Shown one piece after another: positions 48,295 to 59,020 of a DNA stretch of 64,000 nt (its first letter is position 1; every line of letters begins with the position of its first letter). Location: assembly GCA_002305475.1 (NCBI GenBank), contig DBRB01000016.1:14002-78001 (forward strand), given 5' to 3'. The stretch is from a candidate division WWE3 bacterium UBA1379. GTDB taxonomy: Bacteria > Patescibacteriota > WWE3 > UBA101185 > UBA10185. The translations under genes were made by a program, and so were the position numbers. The notes under the pieces were generated by a model. That model did not search any database. It worked only from the letters and a program-made list of their open reading frames with translations, and was not told the origin of the DNA.

Positions 48295-50103
48295 ATGGAT
48301 CAGAATAATATCAGGAATTTTTCAATCATCGCCCATATTGATCACGGAAAATCTACCCTAGCTGACAGACTGCTGGAAATAACGGGTACGGTGGATAAAA
48401 GACATCTGGTGGATCAAACCCTGGACAGCATGGATCTGGAACGGGAAAAAGGCATTACCATCAAACTGAAAACCGTGAGAATGAACTATAAATTAAATGA
48501 CAGAGAATATCAGCTTAATCTGATAGACACCCCTGGACATGTGGATTTTTCCTATGAAGTATCCAGATCTCTAGCTGCTTGTGAGGGAGCCTTATTAGTT
48601 GTGGATACCACACAGGGTATTCAAGCCCAGACCGTCTCCAATATATATAAAGCTATGGAAGCAAACCTGAAAATTATCCCCGTTTTAAATAAAATTGATC
48701 TGCCGGGAAGCGAACCAGAAAAAGTAAGTGATGATCTGGTAAGAACCTTCGGATTCTCCCCGGAAGAAATGATCCGTGTATCTGCAAAAACCGGAACGGG
48801 AGTTGAAGATCTTTTGGAAACCATAATAAATAGCATACCGGCACCAAGCGGAAGAAAAGACCTGCCGTCAAAAGCATTAATCTTTGATACTTTTTATGAT
48901 GAGTACCTGGGAGTTGTAGCAGTAATAAAAGTGGTGGACGGTGAATTTAATAAGAATATGATCATCTCAAAAGAAAAAATTAAATTTATGGCTACAAACA
49001 CCACATCCGTTCCAGAAGAGCTGGGTATATTTACCCCCAAACGTAAAGAATTAAGTATATTACATACAGGAGAAGTAGGATATATTGCTACCGGACTTAA
49101 GGATATTAAAGCAGTCAGAGTCGGTGATACACTAACGACTCTAAAAGATTCAGATAAAATACAACCGTTGTCCGGATACAAAGATGTAAAACCTTTTGTT
49201 TTTGTCTCCATATTTCCGATTGAAAACGATAAATTCCCGCTACTTAGAGATGCCCTTGAAAAACTCTCGCTGTCCGACTCTTCCTTAAGTTATGAACCAG
49301 AAAGTTCAAGTGCGTTGGGATTTGGTTTTAGATGTGGGTTTTTAGGACTTTTACATGCAGAGGTTATTCAGGAAAGACTGGAAAGAGAATATAATCTGCA
49401 GCTAATTTCCACAACACCTTTTGTTGAGTACAGAGTAGCACTTTCAACGGGAGAAGTAATAAACATAAAATCTCCTTCTGAACTTCCGGACACATCCAGA
49501 ATCGGGGAAATAATGGAACCATGGATTTTATTGAATATTGTTTCTCCGTCTGAATATGTCGGAGGAATTATTACACTGTGTGAGGAACGCAGAGGAATAA
49601 TGAAAAACATGGAGTACCCCACGGAAAACCGGGTAGTTTTTGAATATGAACTTCCCCTCGCGGAACTGGTTTTCAATTTCTATGATGAATTAAAAACCGT
49701 ATCCTCCGGCTTTGCCAGTCTTGATTATGAGTTTGCAGATTACAAACCGGTTACAGCAGTAAAAATGGATATCCTTGTTCATGGGGAAATTGTCCCACCT
49801 CTTTCAAACATTGTCCTAAAAGACAAGGCACCGGAGATTGGAAGAAACTTGATTGCAAAATTAAAAGATATTATTCCCCGTCAACAGTTTAAGGTGTCCC
49901 TGCAGGCAGCTATCGGCGGGAAAATTATTGCCAGGGACGACATTCCCGCTTTACGAAAAAACGTATTGGCAAAAATGTCGGGAGGTCATAGAGAAAGAAA
50001 AGATAAACTGCTGGAAATCCAGAAAAAAGGAAAACAGCGTATGAAACGCCTAGGAAAGGTGGATATTCCCCAGGAAGCTTTCCGTCAGGTTTTAAAATCA
50101 TAA
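48295..50103 (+). CDS. lepA: Elongation factor 4 (LepA).
   Basis: IRNFSIIAHIDHGKSTLADRLL (G1), DTPGHVDF (G3), NKID (G4); 602 aa with a LepA-specific C-terminal domain. Confidence 0.95.
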   Translation: MDQNNIRNFSIIAHIDHGKSTLADRLLEITGTVDKRHLVDQTLDSMDLEREKGITIKLKTVRMNYKLNDREYQLNLIDTPGHVDFSYEVSRSLAACEGALLVVDTTQGIQAQTVSNIYKAMEANLKIIPVLNKIDLPGSEPEKVSDDLVRTFGFSPEEMIRVSAKTGTGVEDLLETIINSIPAPSGRKDLPSKALIFDTFYDEYLGVVAVIKVVDGEFNKNMIISKEKIKFMATNTTSVPEELGIFTPKRKELSILHTGEVGYIATGLKDIKAVRVGDTLTTLKDSDKIQPLSGYKDVKPFVFVSIFPIENDKFPLLRDALEKLSLSDSSLSYEPESSSALGFGFRCGFLGLLHAEVIQERLEREYNLQLISTTPFVEYRVALSTGEVINIKSPSELPDTSRIGEIMEPWILLNIVSPSEYVGGIITLCEERRGIMKNMEYPTENRVVFEYELPLAELVFNFYDELKTVSSGFASLDYEFADYKPVTAVKMDILVHGEIVPPLSNIVLKDKAPEIGRNLIAKLKDIIPRQQFKVSLQAAIGGKIIARDDIPALRKNVLAKMSGGHRERKDKLLEIQKKGKQRMKRLGKVDIPQEAFRQVLKS

Positions 50104-50199
50104 ATCTATTTAACTCTTGTATAAATTACGTTACTATTTATATACATAAATTGACTTGCCGTTTATCTAAATGGTTTAAAGGAGGTGACCCCTGTTAGT

Positions 50200-50631
50200 A
50201 TGAACTTAATAAAACATAAAAGAGGTTATTTAACTCCGCTTTTTGTATTTACTTCATTCGCCTTAGTAGCTGTGTCCTTTGCTTCATTTATCATTGTTTC
50301 AAAAGGAACATCTCCTTTTGAATCACTGGCTAAAACAGATAATCTTTATAGAAATAAGATCCGTTGTGACGCAACTATGCCCTGTCCGGGAAACGGCACC
50401 TGCATCCAAAGCTACTGCGTCTTTAATCAGGTACTTCCCCTTTGTGAGCCGGCAGAATACTGTACCTCAGACACTCAGGTGAAAGTATTTAATTCCACAG
50501 CCTGCCGCACACCGTCAGGAGGAATTGTTAGATGCTGTCAGGATGGATTCTTCAGGGACAGCAATGCTGTTTACTGTACACAGAATTCGGATATAAACAA
50601 TGTAATGGATACTAATCCGTCCGCCCAGTAA
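50200..50631 (+). CDS. Small Cys-rich membrane-anchored/secreted protein.
   Basis: AAAGGAGGTGA RBS then ATG at 50200. N-terminal anchor (LTPLFVFTSFALVAVSFASFIIV) then 12 Cys in about 95 residues (CDATMPCPGNGTCIQSYCVF ... CEPAEYCTSD ... CRTP ... RCCQDG ... YCTQ). Confidence 0.4.
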   Translation: MNLIKHKRGYLTPLFVFTSFALVAVSFASFIIVSKGTSPFESLAKTDNLYRNKIRCDATMPCPGNGTCIQSYCVFNQVLPLCEPAEYCTSDTQVKVFNSTACRTPSGGIVRCCQDGFFRDSNAVYCTQNSDINNVMDTNPSAQ

Positions 50632-50753
50632 AGCGGGATTTCTAATATGATCTTAATAAAACTCCCTCACGGATTTTACGGTGGGAGTTTTCTTTTGAAA
50701 AGATATAAAACTTGTTTTTCTGGATTTCCAGTTGGTTGCAGATCTTGACAGGA

Positions 50754-50780
50754 TTAGCACTCATGCTATCATTCTGATAA
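50754..50780 (+). promoter_or_regulatory. Half-degenerate CIRCE-like element upstream of hrcA.
   Basis: TTAGCACTC-atgctatca-TTCTGATAA: perfect left half, 5/9 right half. TTGACA -35 at 50745-50750. Confidence 0.45.
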
Positions 50781-50793
50781 GAGGTTTAAAAAA

Positions 50794-51516
50794 ATGCTTA
50801 CAGAAAGACAACTTCAATTATTAAGTGCTATCATAGGTGAATATATTGAATCCTGTGAGCCTGTCGGTTCTCAGGTTTTGGTTAATAAATACAAACTTAA
50901 GTATTCCGCTGCTACGGTCAGAAACGAAATGGCACGATTACTGGAAGACGGTTTTCTGGAGATGGTGCATACATCAAGCGGACGGGTACCTACTTCCATG
51001 GCATATCGCTTGTTTCTTTCAGAACTTATGGAAGAGGAAGAACTTCCTGTACTGCAGGAAGTCGCCATTAAACAGAAACTATGGCCCAATAGATTTGAAT
51101 TTGAAAAAATGCTTAAACAAGCTTCTATTGCTTTATCCGATATCACAAAAGAACTTGCTCTGGCAACAACGGATGACGGACATATTGTCTCCGCCGGTGC
51201 AGTACATGTTCTGGATAATAGGGAGTTCTGGGATATTAACGTTGCAAAGTCTGCCCTTCACTTAACGGATAGATATGAACTCCTCGAACAAATCTTTAAC
51301 AAGGCTCTTGATGATTCCGAAGTAAAATGTTTAATAGGAGAAGAGCTGGGAGTAAGTAAACTGGAATCGTGTGGTTTAGTTTTTGCTCCCTACGAGTCAG
51401 GTAATAAAAGCGGGTACATTGCCGTACTGGGGCCGGCAAGAATGAGATATCAGAAAGTCATTCCCGCAGTCCGTTACACAAAAAACCTGATTGAAGAACT
51501 CGGAAATTCCTGGTAA
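50794..51516 (+). CDS. hrcA: Heat-inducible transcription repressor HrcA (compact, 240 aa).
   Basis: MLTERQLQLLSAIIGEYIESCEPVGSQVLVNKYKLKYSAATVRNEMARLLEDGFLEMVHTSSGRVPT is the HrcA winged-helix N-terminus. Sits upstream of grpE-dnaK. Confidence 0.8.
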   Translation: MLTERQLQLLSAIIGEYIESCEPVGSQVLVNKYKLKYSAATVRNEMARLLEDGFLEMVHTSSGRVPTSMAYRLFLSELMEEEELPVLQEVAIKQKLWPNRFEFEKMLKQASIALSDITKELALATTDDGHIVSAGAVHVLDNREFWDINVAKSALHLTDRYELLEQIFNKALDDSEVKCLIGEELGVSKLESCGLVFAPYESGNKSGYIAVLGPARMRYQKVIPAVRYTKNLIEELGNSW

Positions 51517-51553
51517 ATATTCTTATATATTCAGTTACTGCCTTATATAACTT

Positions 51554-51997
51554 ATGGATGATAAAGAATTAAAAAATAAGGTTAATGAACTTGAGGCTAA
51601 AATCGTAGAGGTGGAAAACAACTGGAAGAGGGCTCTTGCCGACTACAAGAATTTGGAAAGACGTGTTAATGAGGAAAAGGATGCCGTGATGGATTTTGCC
51701 AATCTGGTATTAATATCTCAGCTGATACCGGTAGTGGATAATCTTGAACTGCTTCAGCAGCATTCCAATGATACCGGTATAAAAATGATCGTTAAAGAGT
51801 TTAAACAGATTTTAAAGAACAACGGTCTTGAGGAAATTAATCCTATTAATGAAGTATTCAACCCGGATAACATGGAAGCTGTAGAAACTAAAGAAGGGGA
51901 ACCTAACAAGGTTCTGTCAGTTGAACAAAAAGGTTATATTTTAAAAAATAAGTTAATTAGACCGGCAAGAGTAATAGTCGGTCAGAAACTAGAATAA
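51554..51997 (+). CDS. grpE: Nucleotide exchange factor GrpE.
   Basis: WKRALADYKNLERRVNEEK ... VVDNLE ... C-terminal beta-domain VGQ; 147 aa. Confidence 0.85.
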   Translation: MDDKELKNKVNELEAKIVEVENNWKRALADYKNLERRVNEEKDAVMDFANLVLISQLIPVVDNLELLQQHSNDTGIKMIVKEFKQILKNNGLEEINPINEVFNPDNMEAVETKEGEPNKVLSVEQKGYILKNKLIRPARVIVGQKLE

Positions 51998-52009
51998 CGG
52001 AGGAATTAT

Positions 52010-53902
52010 ATGGCAAAAATTATCGGAATTGATTTAGGTACAACTAACAGCTGTATGGCTGTCATGGAAAGCGGACAACCTAAAGTTATCCCAAACGCAG
52101 AAGGCGGAAATACCACACCGTCGGTAGTTGCTCCATCAGCAAATCTTGTTGGTATACCGGCAAAAAGACAGCAGGTTGTAAACCCAAAAAACACAATATT
52201 TTCAGTTAAACGTTTAATGGGAAGAAAATTCTCCGACCCGGAAGTTCAGCAAATAGCTAAAGACTATCCGTACAGCATTGTAGAAGGACCAAACGGAATG
52301 GCAGCAATTGAAGTGGAGGGTAAGGTATACACACCACAGGAGATATCCGCACAGATTTTAAGCAAAATGAAAGCGGATGCCGAAAAGTTTACCGGACAGA
52401 CTATCAAGGAAGCAGTCATTACTGTACCTGCGTACTTCAATGATGCACAAAGAACTGCAACAAAAGAAGCGGGTCAGATTGCAGGACTGGATGTAAAAAG
52501 AATTATCAATGAACCGACCGCGGCAGCCTTAGCATATGGTCTGGATAAAAAAGGTGCGGAAAAAATCGCAGTTTATGATCTGGGTGGTGGTACGTTTGAT
52601 GTATCAATTCTGGAAATAGGTGAAGGTGTATTTGAGGTCAGATCTACCAACGGAGATACTCATCTGGGAGGAGATGATTTTGATCAGAAGATTATCAACT
52701 GGTTGATTGAACAGTTTAAACAGGAACAGGGTGTAGATTTATCGGCAGACAGACAAGCTATGCAAAGACTTAAAGATGCGGCTGAAAAAGCTAAGATAGA
52801 ACTGTCAAGCACACTGGAGACTGAAATAAGCATTCCGTTTATTACTGCGGATGCTTCAGGACCTAAACATCTCAATTTCAAGTTATCCCGAGCAAAACTT
52901 GAACAGCTCGTGGATGATTTAATCAGAAGAACCTTTCAGCCAATGGAGAATGCCTTAAAGGATGCCGGACTTAGCAAGTCAGATATTGCAGAGGTAGTCA
53001 TGGTCGGAGGTATGACCAGAATGCCTAAAGTCATCCAGACAGTAAAGGAATTTTTCGGCAAAGATCCGCACCAAGGAGTTAATCCAGATGAAGTCGTGGC
53101 AATCGGAGCAGCTATTCAGGGAGGGGTTTTAGGAGGAGATGTGAAAGACATACTTCTGTTGGATGTCACTCCTTTGACCCTAGGTATCGAAACACTGGGG
53201 GGAGTCAGCACACCTTTAATTAAAAGAAATACCACTATCCCGACATCAGCTTCGCAGGTATTCAGTACAGCAGCAGATAATCAGATGAGTGTGGAAATTA
53301 ACGTATTACAGGGGGAAAGAGAAATGGCAGCTGACAACACTTCTCTGGGAAGATTTATCCTAGATGGGATTGCTCCCGCTCCAAGAGGGGTTCCTCAGAT
53401 TGAAGTCACCTTTGATATAGATGCTAATGGTATCCTGAATGTTTCGGCAAAAGATAAAGCAACCAATAAGGAACAAAAAATTACCATTCAGGGAGGTACC
53501 GGCTTAAGCAAAGAGGAAATTGAGAAGAAGGTTAAGGAAGCTCAGATGCATGCAGAAGAAGACCGCAAGAAAAAAGAACAGGTAGAAGTCAGAAATACTG
53601 CTGATACTCTCACCTATACTGCAGAAAAAGCTTTGCAGGATGCAAAAGATAAAATACCAGAAGAGTTAAAAAATAGTATAGAAAGCAAGATTAAAGACAT
53701 CAGGGATGTTTTGCAGACCGCAACAACGGAAGATCTGAAAACAAAGACTCAGGAATTATCTCTAGAAATGCAAAAAATCGGACAGTATATGTACGGACAG
53801 CCGGGACAAGAACAACCCGGACCTCAAAATCAGGGACCTGGTAATCAACCGGGTGATAATAAAAACGGAGACGGTCCGATTGAAGGAGATATCGTAGAAT
53901 AA
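52010..53902 (+). CDS. dnaK: Chaperone DnaK (Hsp70).
   Basis: [38 protein letters not shown]; 630 aa. Confidence 0.97.
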   Translation: MAKIIGIDLGTTNSCMAVMESGQPKVIPNAEGGNTTPSVVAPSANLVGIPAKRQQVVNPKNTIFSVKRLMGRKFSDPEVQQIAKDYPYSIVEGPNGMAAIEVEGKVYTPQEISAQILSKMKADAEKFTGQTIKEAVITVPAYFNDAQRTATKEAGQIAGLDVKRIINEPTAAALAYGLDKKGAEKIAVYDLGGGTFDVSILEIGEGVFEVRSTNGDTHLGGDDFDQKIINWLIEQFKQEQGVDLSADRQAMQRLKDAAEKAKIELSSTLETEISIPFITADASGPKHLNFKLSRAKLEQLVDDLIRRTFQPMENALKDAGLSKSDIAEVVMVGGMTRMPKVIQTVKEFFGKDPHQGVNPDEVVAIGAAIQGGVLGGDVKDILLLDVTPLTLGIETLGGVSTPLIKRNTTIPTSASQVFSTAADNQMSVEINVLQGEREMAADNTSLGRFILDGIAPAPRGVPQIEVTFDIDANGILNVSAKDKATNKEQKITIQGGTGLSKEEIEKKVKEAQMHAEEDRKKKEQVEVRNTADTLTYTAEKALQDAKDKIPEELKNSIESKIKDIRDVLQTATTEDLKTKTQELSLEMQKIGQYMYGQPGQEQPGPQNQGPGNQPGDNKNGDGPIEGDIVE

Positions 53903-53937
53903 ATCCTATAAAAATTTATTCATTTTATAAGAATACG

Positions 53938-53962
53938 ACTCCCCCAAACAGGGGGAGTTTTC
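53938..53962 (+). terminator. Rho-independent terminator after dnaK.
   Basis: ACTCCCCC-aaaca-GGGGGAGT then TTTT. Confidence 0.65.
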
Positions 53963-54050
53963 ATACGGTAGATACTCTATATAATTTCTTGATTTTCCTA
54001 ATCTCACAAAATAAACTAAATATAGTATTTGTTTAGAGGAAGTAAATTAT

Positions 54051-54476
54051 ATGAGCACTAATTTTAATATCCCAGAAGCTAGTGAATACGATGAAAAAAG
54101 AATTTTAATTGAAGCGTTAGATAGAGAAATAAGCGGGCGCTTAACTGACATGGGCGAAATTTCCACATTAGATCCGAGAGAAGTTGAGGTTTTAGATAGC
54201 ATCAGAGAGCAACTTAAATCCCAAGGAGTAAGATTTAATGAACCCGGTGTTTCTCCGGTAAATTTTCAGATAGAAATACCGGAAAAATTAAGAAAAGAAT
54301 ATGTCCGCACAATGTTTGAAGTTGAACAGGATAAGCTTAAACAAAACCTTGTTCAAGTCGGCACTAATCGTGGTGTAGAAACGCCTTTTATGAGAAGACT
54401 AGAGCAAGCGAAAGCTTTAGAAATGGAAATGGACATTGAAATTGATGAAAACATTAAGTACGTTCTAGGACTATAG
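54051..54476 (+). CDS. Hypothetical acidic cytoplasmic protein.
   Basis: 141 aa, helical and acidic, no motif. First gene of the cluster that ends with the TrwB-like ATPase. Confidence 0.3.
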   Translation: MSTNFNIPEASEYDEKRILIEALDREISGRLTDMGEISTLDPREVEVLDSIREQLKSQGVRFNEPGVSPVNFQIEIPEKLRKEYVRTMFEVEQDKLKQNLVQVGTNRGVETPFMRRLEQAKALEMEMDIEIDENIKYVLGL

Positions 54477-54653
54477 TAATAAATACCTTAGGTTACACAC
54501 AATAAATTGTTTTTGAAAGATATACCGATGTAATACATATGTACTTTCTCCTTTTTCCCATTGATCATCTGTTTTTCCTTAATAAAAACAGTTCTTAAAT
54601 CAAATTGAATCTGTTATAATGTTTCAAGTTAAGCAAACCCAACAACGCTGCCT

Positions 54654-54932
54654 ATGGACATACAAATAGTTTTAATATTTATACTTGCTCTTCTGACCCT
54701 CAATTTAATGATTGTCGGTTTTTATGCAATCCTAGTTCTAAAGGAATTCCGTGAAACAATTAAAAAATCGAACATGGTTCTGGATAATGTACATTCAGTT
54801 ACCGATACGTTCGCCAACCCCATCACATCTCTAGCAGGTGTGGTAACGGGAGTAGTGGAAGGCATTAAAGCAGTAAAGTCAATCACCAGTCTAAGCGACA
54901 TCAAAGAAACGGAAAATAATTTGGAAAAATAA
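54654..54932 (+). CDS. Small membrane protein (92 aa).
   Basis: N-terminal TM (IVLIFILALLTLNLMIVGFYAILVL). Confidence 0.3.
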   Translation: MDIQIVLIFILALLTLNLMIVGFYAILVLKEFRETIKKSNMVLDNVHSVTDTFANPITSLAGVVTGVVEGIKAVKSITSLSDIKETENNLEK

Positions 54933-55014
54933 GCGTAAGATATTTCATAAAAATTATCATATATATACTTTCAGTACACTTGCTATTTAAAGCAAAAACT
55001 AAGACAATAAACAT

Positions 55015-55344
55015 ATGCCCGACAACTTTATTCCCACAATAATTCCCAATCCTGAAACATCGTCAACAAGCAATGGTGATACACCCACTACTGAAAAACT
55101 TCCAGCGAGAGAAAGCATTCCTGTGGTAAATCTGACCTCAGATACAGATGATAATACACAACAACCGCCGACAGCATCGACAGCCATTCAGCCGATAAAA
55201 AATGTAGTTAATAAAACAAAAGAACCGGAAATATTACATAAAGTCAGTGAACATGCTGATAGTTTAACCACAATTGCTGACCAAGAGGAAGAAGAATTTA
55301 TCAAAGAAGTAATGGAGGAACATAAGAACAATGAACCCGATTGA
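55015..55344 (+). CDS. Hypothetical Thr/Ser/Pro-rich acidic protein.
   Basis: 109 aa of low-complexity linker-like sequence; overlaps the ATPase gene start by 14 nt. Confidence 0.3.
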   Translation: MPDNFIPTIIPNPETSSTSNGDTPTTEKLPARESIPVVNLTSDTDDNTQQPPTASTAIQPIKNVVNKTKEPEILHKVSEHADSLTTIADQEEEEFIKEVMEEHKNNEPD

Positions 55345-57751
55345 AGCACTGTATAACATTTTCTGGATCACAATCTATATCATAATCCTGATTCTATTCG
55401 TTTTTATTTCAGTCAACAGGATAATTGCCTGGTATAGGAACCGCAACGAAATAAAGGAGCGGCATAAACTTACTTTTCTGCATATTAAAGTTCCTGCTGA
55501 CAATGAAATCGAAATCAAAGCTGCGGAATCCATGTTTTCAAACCTTACTGGTTTCAGGAGAAATTTCTTCCAATCTCTTTTTAAGGGACAGTACAGGATT
55601 TCACTGGAAATTGTATCAAAGGTAAGCGGTATAGGTTTTTATGTGGTGGTGCCGGATGAGCTTGTTTCTCTGGTGGAAAAACAGATAAACGGTGCCTACC
55701 CTACGGCAGAAATTGATATCGTTAACCCGAGTGAAATATGGGACCGGGGAGAATATACGGCGGTAGCAGAACTTAAATTAGGAGGTCCTCCTTATTTTCC
55801 CATCAAAACTTATGAAGAAGAAAAATCCAAAACCGATCCTTTAAGCATGATTACTGTCGCAATGAGTAAAGTGAAAGAAGATGAAGTACTTGCCGTTCAA
55901 TACATCATCAGTCCGGCTACTGACTTCTGGAGAAAAGCGGGAGAGGCCTTTGTAGGAAGTATTCAAAGAAAAGCTGCAAATCCAGAAAAGAAAGTAAATA
56001 TTGATAATGAGTTTATCAGCAATATCGAAAAGAAAATTACTAAGCCCGGTTTTAACACTAGTATTAGAATTGTCTCCATCAGTAAAGATAAAATGACGGC
56101 AGAAACTCATCTTAGAAATGTCACAGCGTCATTCGAACAATTCACTAATATTAAATACAACAGGTTTAAAAAACACAGGGTATTGTCCAGAAGAAAGTTG
56201 GTTGATAACTTTATTTACCGAAAAATTAATGTTGTAGAATGGTTTATTCCTTTTTTGGATATCATAATTTTCAGAAATATTTCAGTGTTAAATATTGAAG
56301 AACTTTCCGCTGTATTTCATTTTCCCAATAAAAATGTGCAGACACCAAACATTATCTGGCTAAGTGCCAGAAGATCCACTGCACCGGTAAACCTTCCTTC
56401 AGAAGGGTTGTATTTAGGAAAGAGTGTGTTTCGTGGCGTAGAAAAGAAAGTCTATATTATGGAGGACGATAGAAGAAGACATTTCTATATTATCGGACAA
56501 ACCGGTACCGGTAAGTCTCAGTTATTAATGTCTTTAGCTCTTCAGGATATCAAAGCAGGAAGAGGGGTGGCTATTATCGATCCTCACGGAAGCGATATTG
56601 ATGAACTTTTGGAAAAAATTCCCGAGGAAAGGATGGATGATGTTATCCTCTGGGATGTTGCCGATACCCAAAGACCTCTTGGAATAAACCTTCTGGAAGC
56701 AGGCTCGGAAGAAGAAAAGCACATGCTGATAAATGCTTTTATTGCTCTTTTGTATAAACTCTATGATCCTAATAAACAGGGAATTATGGGTCCTCAGTTG
56801 GAACGAGCTATCAGAAACGTTATGCTCACCGCCATGGAAGATCCTCAAAGCACTATGGTAGATGTTTTAAGACTTCTGATAGATGATAGATATGTTCAAA
56901 GATTTATCCCGTTAATTAAAGATCCTCTGGTGAAAAAATTCTGGACGGATGAACAGGCAAAGACCACGGCAAACAGAAAGGGAGAAATGATGGGATATTT
57001 TGTTTCCAAGTTTGACCGTCTAGTTACGGAACGTATTATGAGAAATATCATTGGACAGCCTAAATCCTCATTTAACTTCCATCAGATTATGGCGGAAAAG
57101 AAAATTCTTTTGGTAGATTTATCAAAAGGAAAAATCGGCGAGGAGAATTCAAATTTTATAGGGCTTCTGATCGTCCCCAGAATACTTTCTGCCGCATTAG
57201 CAAGAGCATCTAAACTCGGTAAGGAAGATTTCCCGGATTTCTACCTTTATGTTGATGAATTTCAAAACTTTGCCACACCTGACTTTGCCACCATCCTATC
57301 AGAAGCACGTAAATACAAGCTTAACCTGACAGTCGCTCATCAGTTTATTGCTCAGCTGACGGATGATATCAAAGAAGCAGTATTCGGTAATGTGGGCACA
57401 ATGACCGCCTTTCGTGTAGGTCCTGATGATGCTGAGTTTCTGGAATCCCAGTTTGAACCGGTATTTACTAAAAACGATCTGGCAAAACTGGCGGTGGGAA
57501 CCTGCTATACAAAACTGCTGGTCAAAGGCCACCCTACTGTACCGTTCTCTATGTCAGTAGATTGGGATATGATTACCCAAACCAAGAAAGATCCAACAAG
57601 AGCAGAAAGAATAAGAGAAGCATCCAGAATGAAATACGGGACTCCGGTTGAGAAAGTAGAAGCATTTATCAATGAAAGAACAACCACAGCCGAACCCGAA
57701 ACCCCGCCGATCAGTCAGGGAGGATTTGACAGATCAAAACTTCCATTTTAA
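55331..57751 (+). CDS. Membrane-anchored P-loop ATPase of the FtsK/HerA superfamily, TrwB/TraD/VirD4 (type IV coupling protein)-like.
   Basis: N-terminal TM (ITIYIIILILFVFISV). Walker A HFYIIGQTGTGKSQLL, of the GxTGTGKS type seen in TrwB. Walker B FYLYVDEFQNF, with a following LTVAHQ. 806 aa. Confidence 0.55.
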   Translation: MNPIEALYNIFWITIYIIILILFVFISVNRIIAWYRNRNEIKERHKLTFLHIKVPADNEIEIKAAESMFSNLTGFRRNFFQSLFKGQYRISLEIVSKVSGIGFYVVVPDELVSLVEKQINGAYPTAEIDIVNPSEIWDRGEYTAVAELKLGGPPYFPIKTYEEEKSKTDPLSMITVAMSKVKEDEVLAVQYIISPATDFWRKAGEAFVGSIQRKAANPEKKVNIDNEFISNIEKKITKPGFNTSIRIVSISKDKMTAETHLRNVTASFEQFTNIKYNRFKKHRVLSRRKLVDNFIYRKINVVEWFIPFLDIIIFRNISVLNIEELSAVFHFPNKNVQTPNIIWLSARRSTAPVNLPSEGLYLGKSVFRGVEKKVYIMEDDRRRHFYIIGQTGTGKSQLLMSLALQDIKAGRGVAIIDPHGSDIDELLEKIPEERMDDVILWDVADTQRPLGINLLEAGSEEEKHMLINAFIALLYKLYDPNKQGIMGPQLERAIRNVMLTAMEDPQSTMVDVLRLLIDDRYVQRFIPLIKDPLVKKFWTDEQAKTTANRKGEMMGYFVSKFDRLVTERIMRNIIGQPKSSFNFHQIMAEKKILLVDLSKGKIGEENSNFIGLLIVPRILSAALARASKLGKEDFPDFYLYVDEFQNFATPDFATILSEARKYKLNLTVAHQFIAQLTDDIKEAVFGNVGTMTAFRVGPDDAEFLESQFEPVFTKNDLAKLAVGTCYTKLLVKGHPTVPFSMSVDWDMITQTKKDPTRAERIREASRMKYGTPVEKVEAFINERTTTAEPETPPISQGGFDRSKLPF

Positions 57752-57795
57752 TTTCCTCTGAAAAATATCTACAAGGTGCAGATCCCTGATAAAAT

Positions 57796-59019
57796 TTGTA
57801 TAATCACATTAAGATGAATCTGCCTTTTTTAAAAAGTACTACAATACCCGCCAACCATTTTCTCTCTGTGGATATTAATTCCGAAAATGTTAAATGTCTG
57901 GCCTTTTATGTGGATGAACAGAATACCGCAAAAATTGTCGGGGTAGGAACATCAAATCTGGAGCCGGGTGCAGTCAGAGCAGGAAATATTATTGACTTTG
58001 ATCAGACCTTAAATGCCCTGGATATTGCACTAGGAGCAACATTGGAAAATGTGGAAGGCAGAGTCAGCGATGTTATTTTCGGAGTCAACGGCGAACTGTC
58101 TTTGGGGTTGATGACCACCGCACGAGCAGTAAGGAATAACAGTGGTCAGATAAACGACTCGGAAATCACGGGTATTGAACAGACTATTATGAACAACGCT
58201 TTTGTTATAGCACGAAATGAAATTCTTCTCACGACAGGAAATTCCGATATTGATATTGAACCGGTCACCACTTCAACCGTATATACAAAAGTAAATAACC
58301 GTCTAACGGAAAACCCACTTCAATCAACAGGAGATACTCTGGAAATTGCATTGTTTACTGCTTTTACTCCGGTATATCATGTGAAAAATCTTCAGAAATT
58401 GGCAAAAAAACTGAAACTGAACATCATTGCCATCGGATCTGAAATGTTTGCTTTGGTTAATGCCTTAAAAAACGATCCCGATTATATCGTCATTAATATT
58501 GACAGCGATTTTACTAATGTTGCAATAATTTTCGGAAACGGAATAACCGCAACTAAAACTCTTCATATTGGAGCAAACCACTTCACGAAAGAAATCAGCC
58601 AGAAAATGGGGCTGACCATGAAAGAAGCCCAGAAGTTTAAAAATAGTTATGTTTACGGAAAACTCTCACAAAGTGAGAGTCAGGTGGTCCAGAACTGTAT
58701 TTCGGATACCCTTAACACATGGTTGGATGGGATTGAACTGTTATTTGGAGAATTCTCAGGAGTAAAAACCTTTGCTTCTAAGATCTATCTGGTAGGAGAA
58801 GGTTCAAAACTACCTGACCTGTTTGAATTTATTAGCAGGGAACCCTGGACAAAAACTATACCGTTTAAAGTCCCTCCCGAATTTTATAAAATATCGTTTG
58901 AAAATTTGAAAAACCTTGCCGATTCAACGGGAAATGCGGACACACCTGATTATTTAATGACCGCCACTTTATCTGCTGTATACTTACTTGCCTGCAGGGA
59001 TATGGGAGGAGCATCGTAA
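57796..59019 (+). CDS. Actin-like ATPase of the FtsA/PilM family.
   Basis: VGVGTSNLEPGAVRAGNIIDFDQTLNAL ... INIDSDFTNVAI ... LHIGANHFTKEISQ ... YLVGEGSKLPDL is the FtsA/PilM actin-fold pattern; 407 aa. Confidence 0.6.
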   Translation: MYNHIKMNLPFLKSTTIPANHFLSVDINSENVKCLAFYVDEQNTAKIVGVGTSNLEPGAVRAGNIIDFDQTLNALDIALGATLENVEGRVSDVIFGVNGELSLGLMTTARAVRNNSGQINDSEITGIEQTIMNNAFVIARNEILLTTGNSDIDIEPVTTSTVYTKVNNRLTENPLQSTGDTLEIALFTAFTPVYHVKNLQKLAKKLKLNIIAIGSEMFALVNALKNDPDYIVINIDSDFTNVAIIFGNGITATKTLHIGANHFTKEISQKMGLTMKEAQKFKNSYVYGKLSQSESQVVQNCISDTLNTWLDGIELLFGEFSGVKTFASKIYLVGEGSKLPDLFEFISREPWTKTIPFKVPPEFYKISFENLKNLADSTGNADTPDYLMTATLSAVYLLACRDMGGAS

Positions 59020-59020
59020 T

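Noticed and set aside
50661-50696. Terminator-like hairpin ACTCCC...GGGAGT followed by TTTTCTTTTG after the Cys-rich gene.
   Set aside because: The stem is interrupted (6 bp plus mismatches, 15-nt loop). It is plausible but too weak to list as a feature with confidence.
54477-54653. AT-rich intergenic region considered for a small RNA or promoter (TTAAAT ... TATAAT).
   Set aside because: It has only generic promoter-like hexamers and no convincing secondary structure or conserved RNA motif recognisable by eye.
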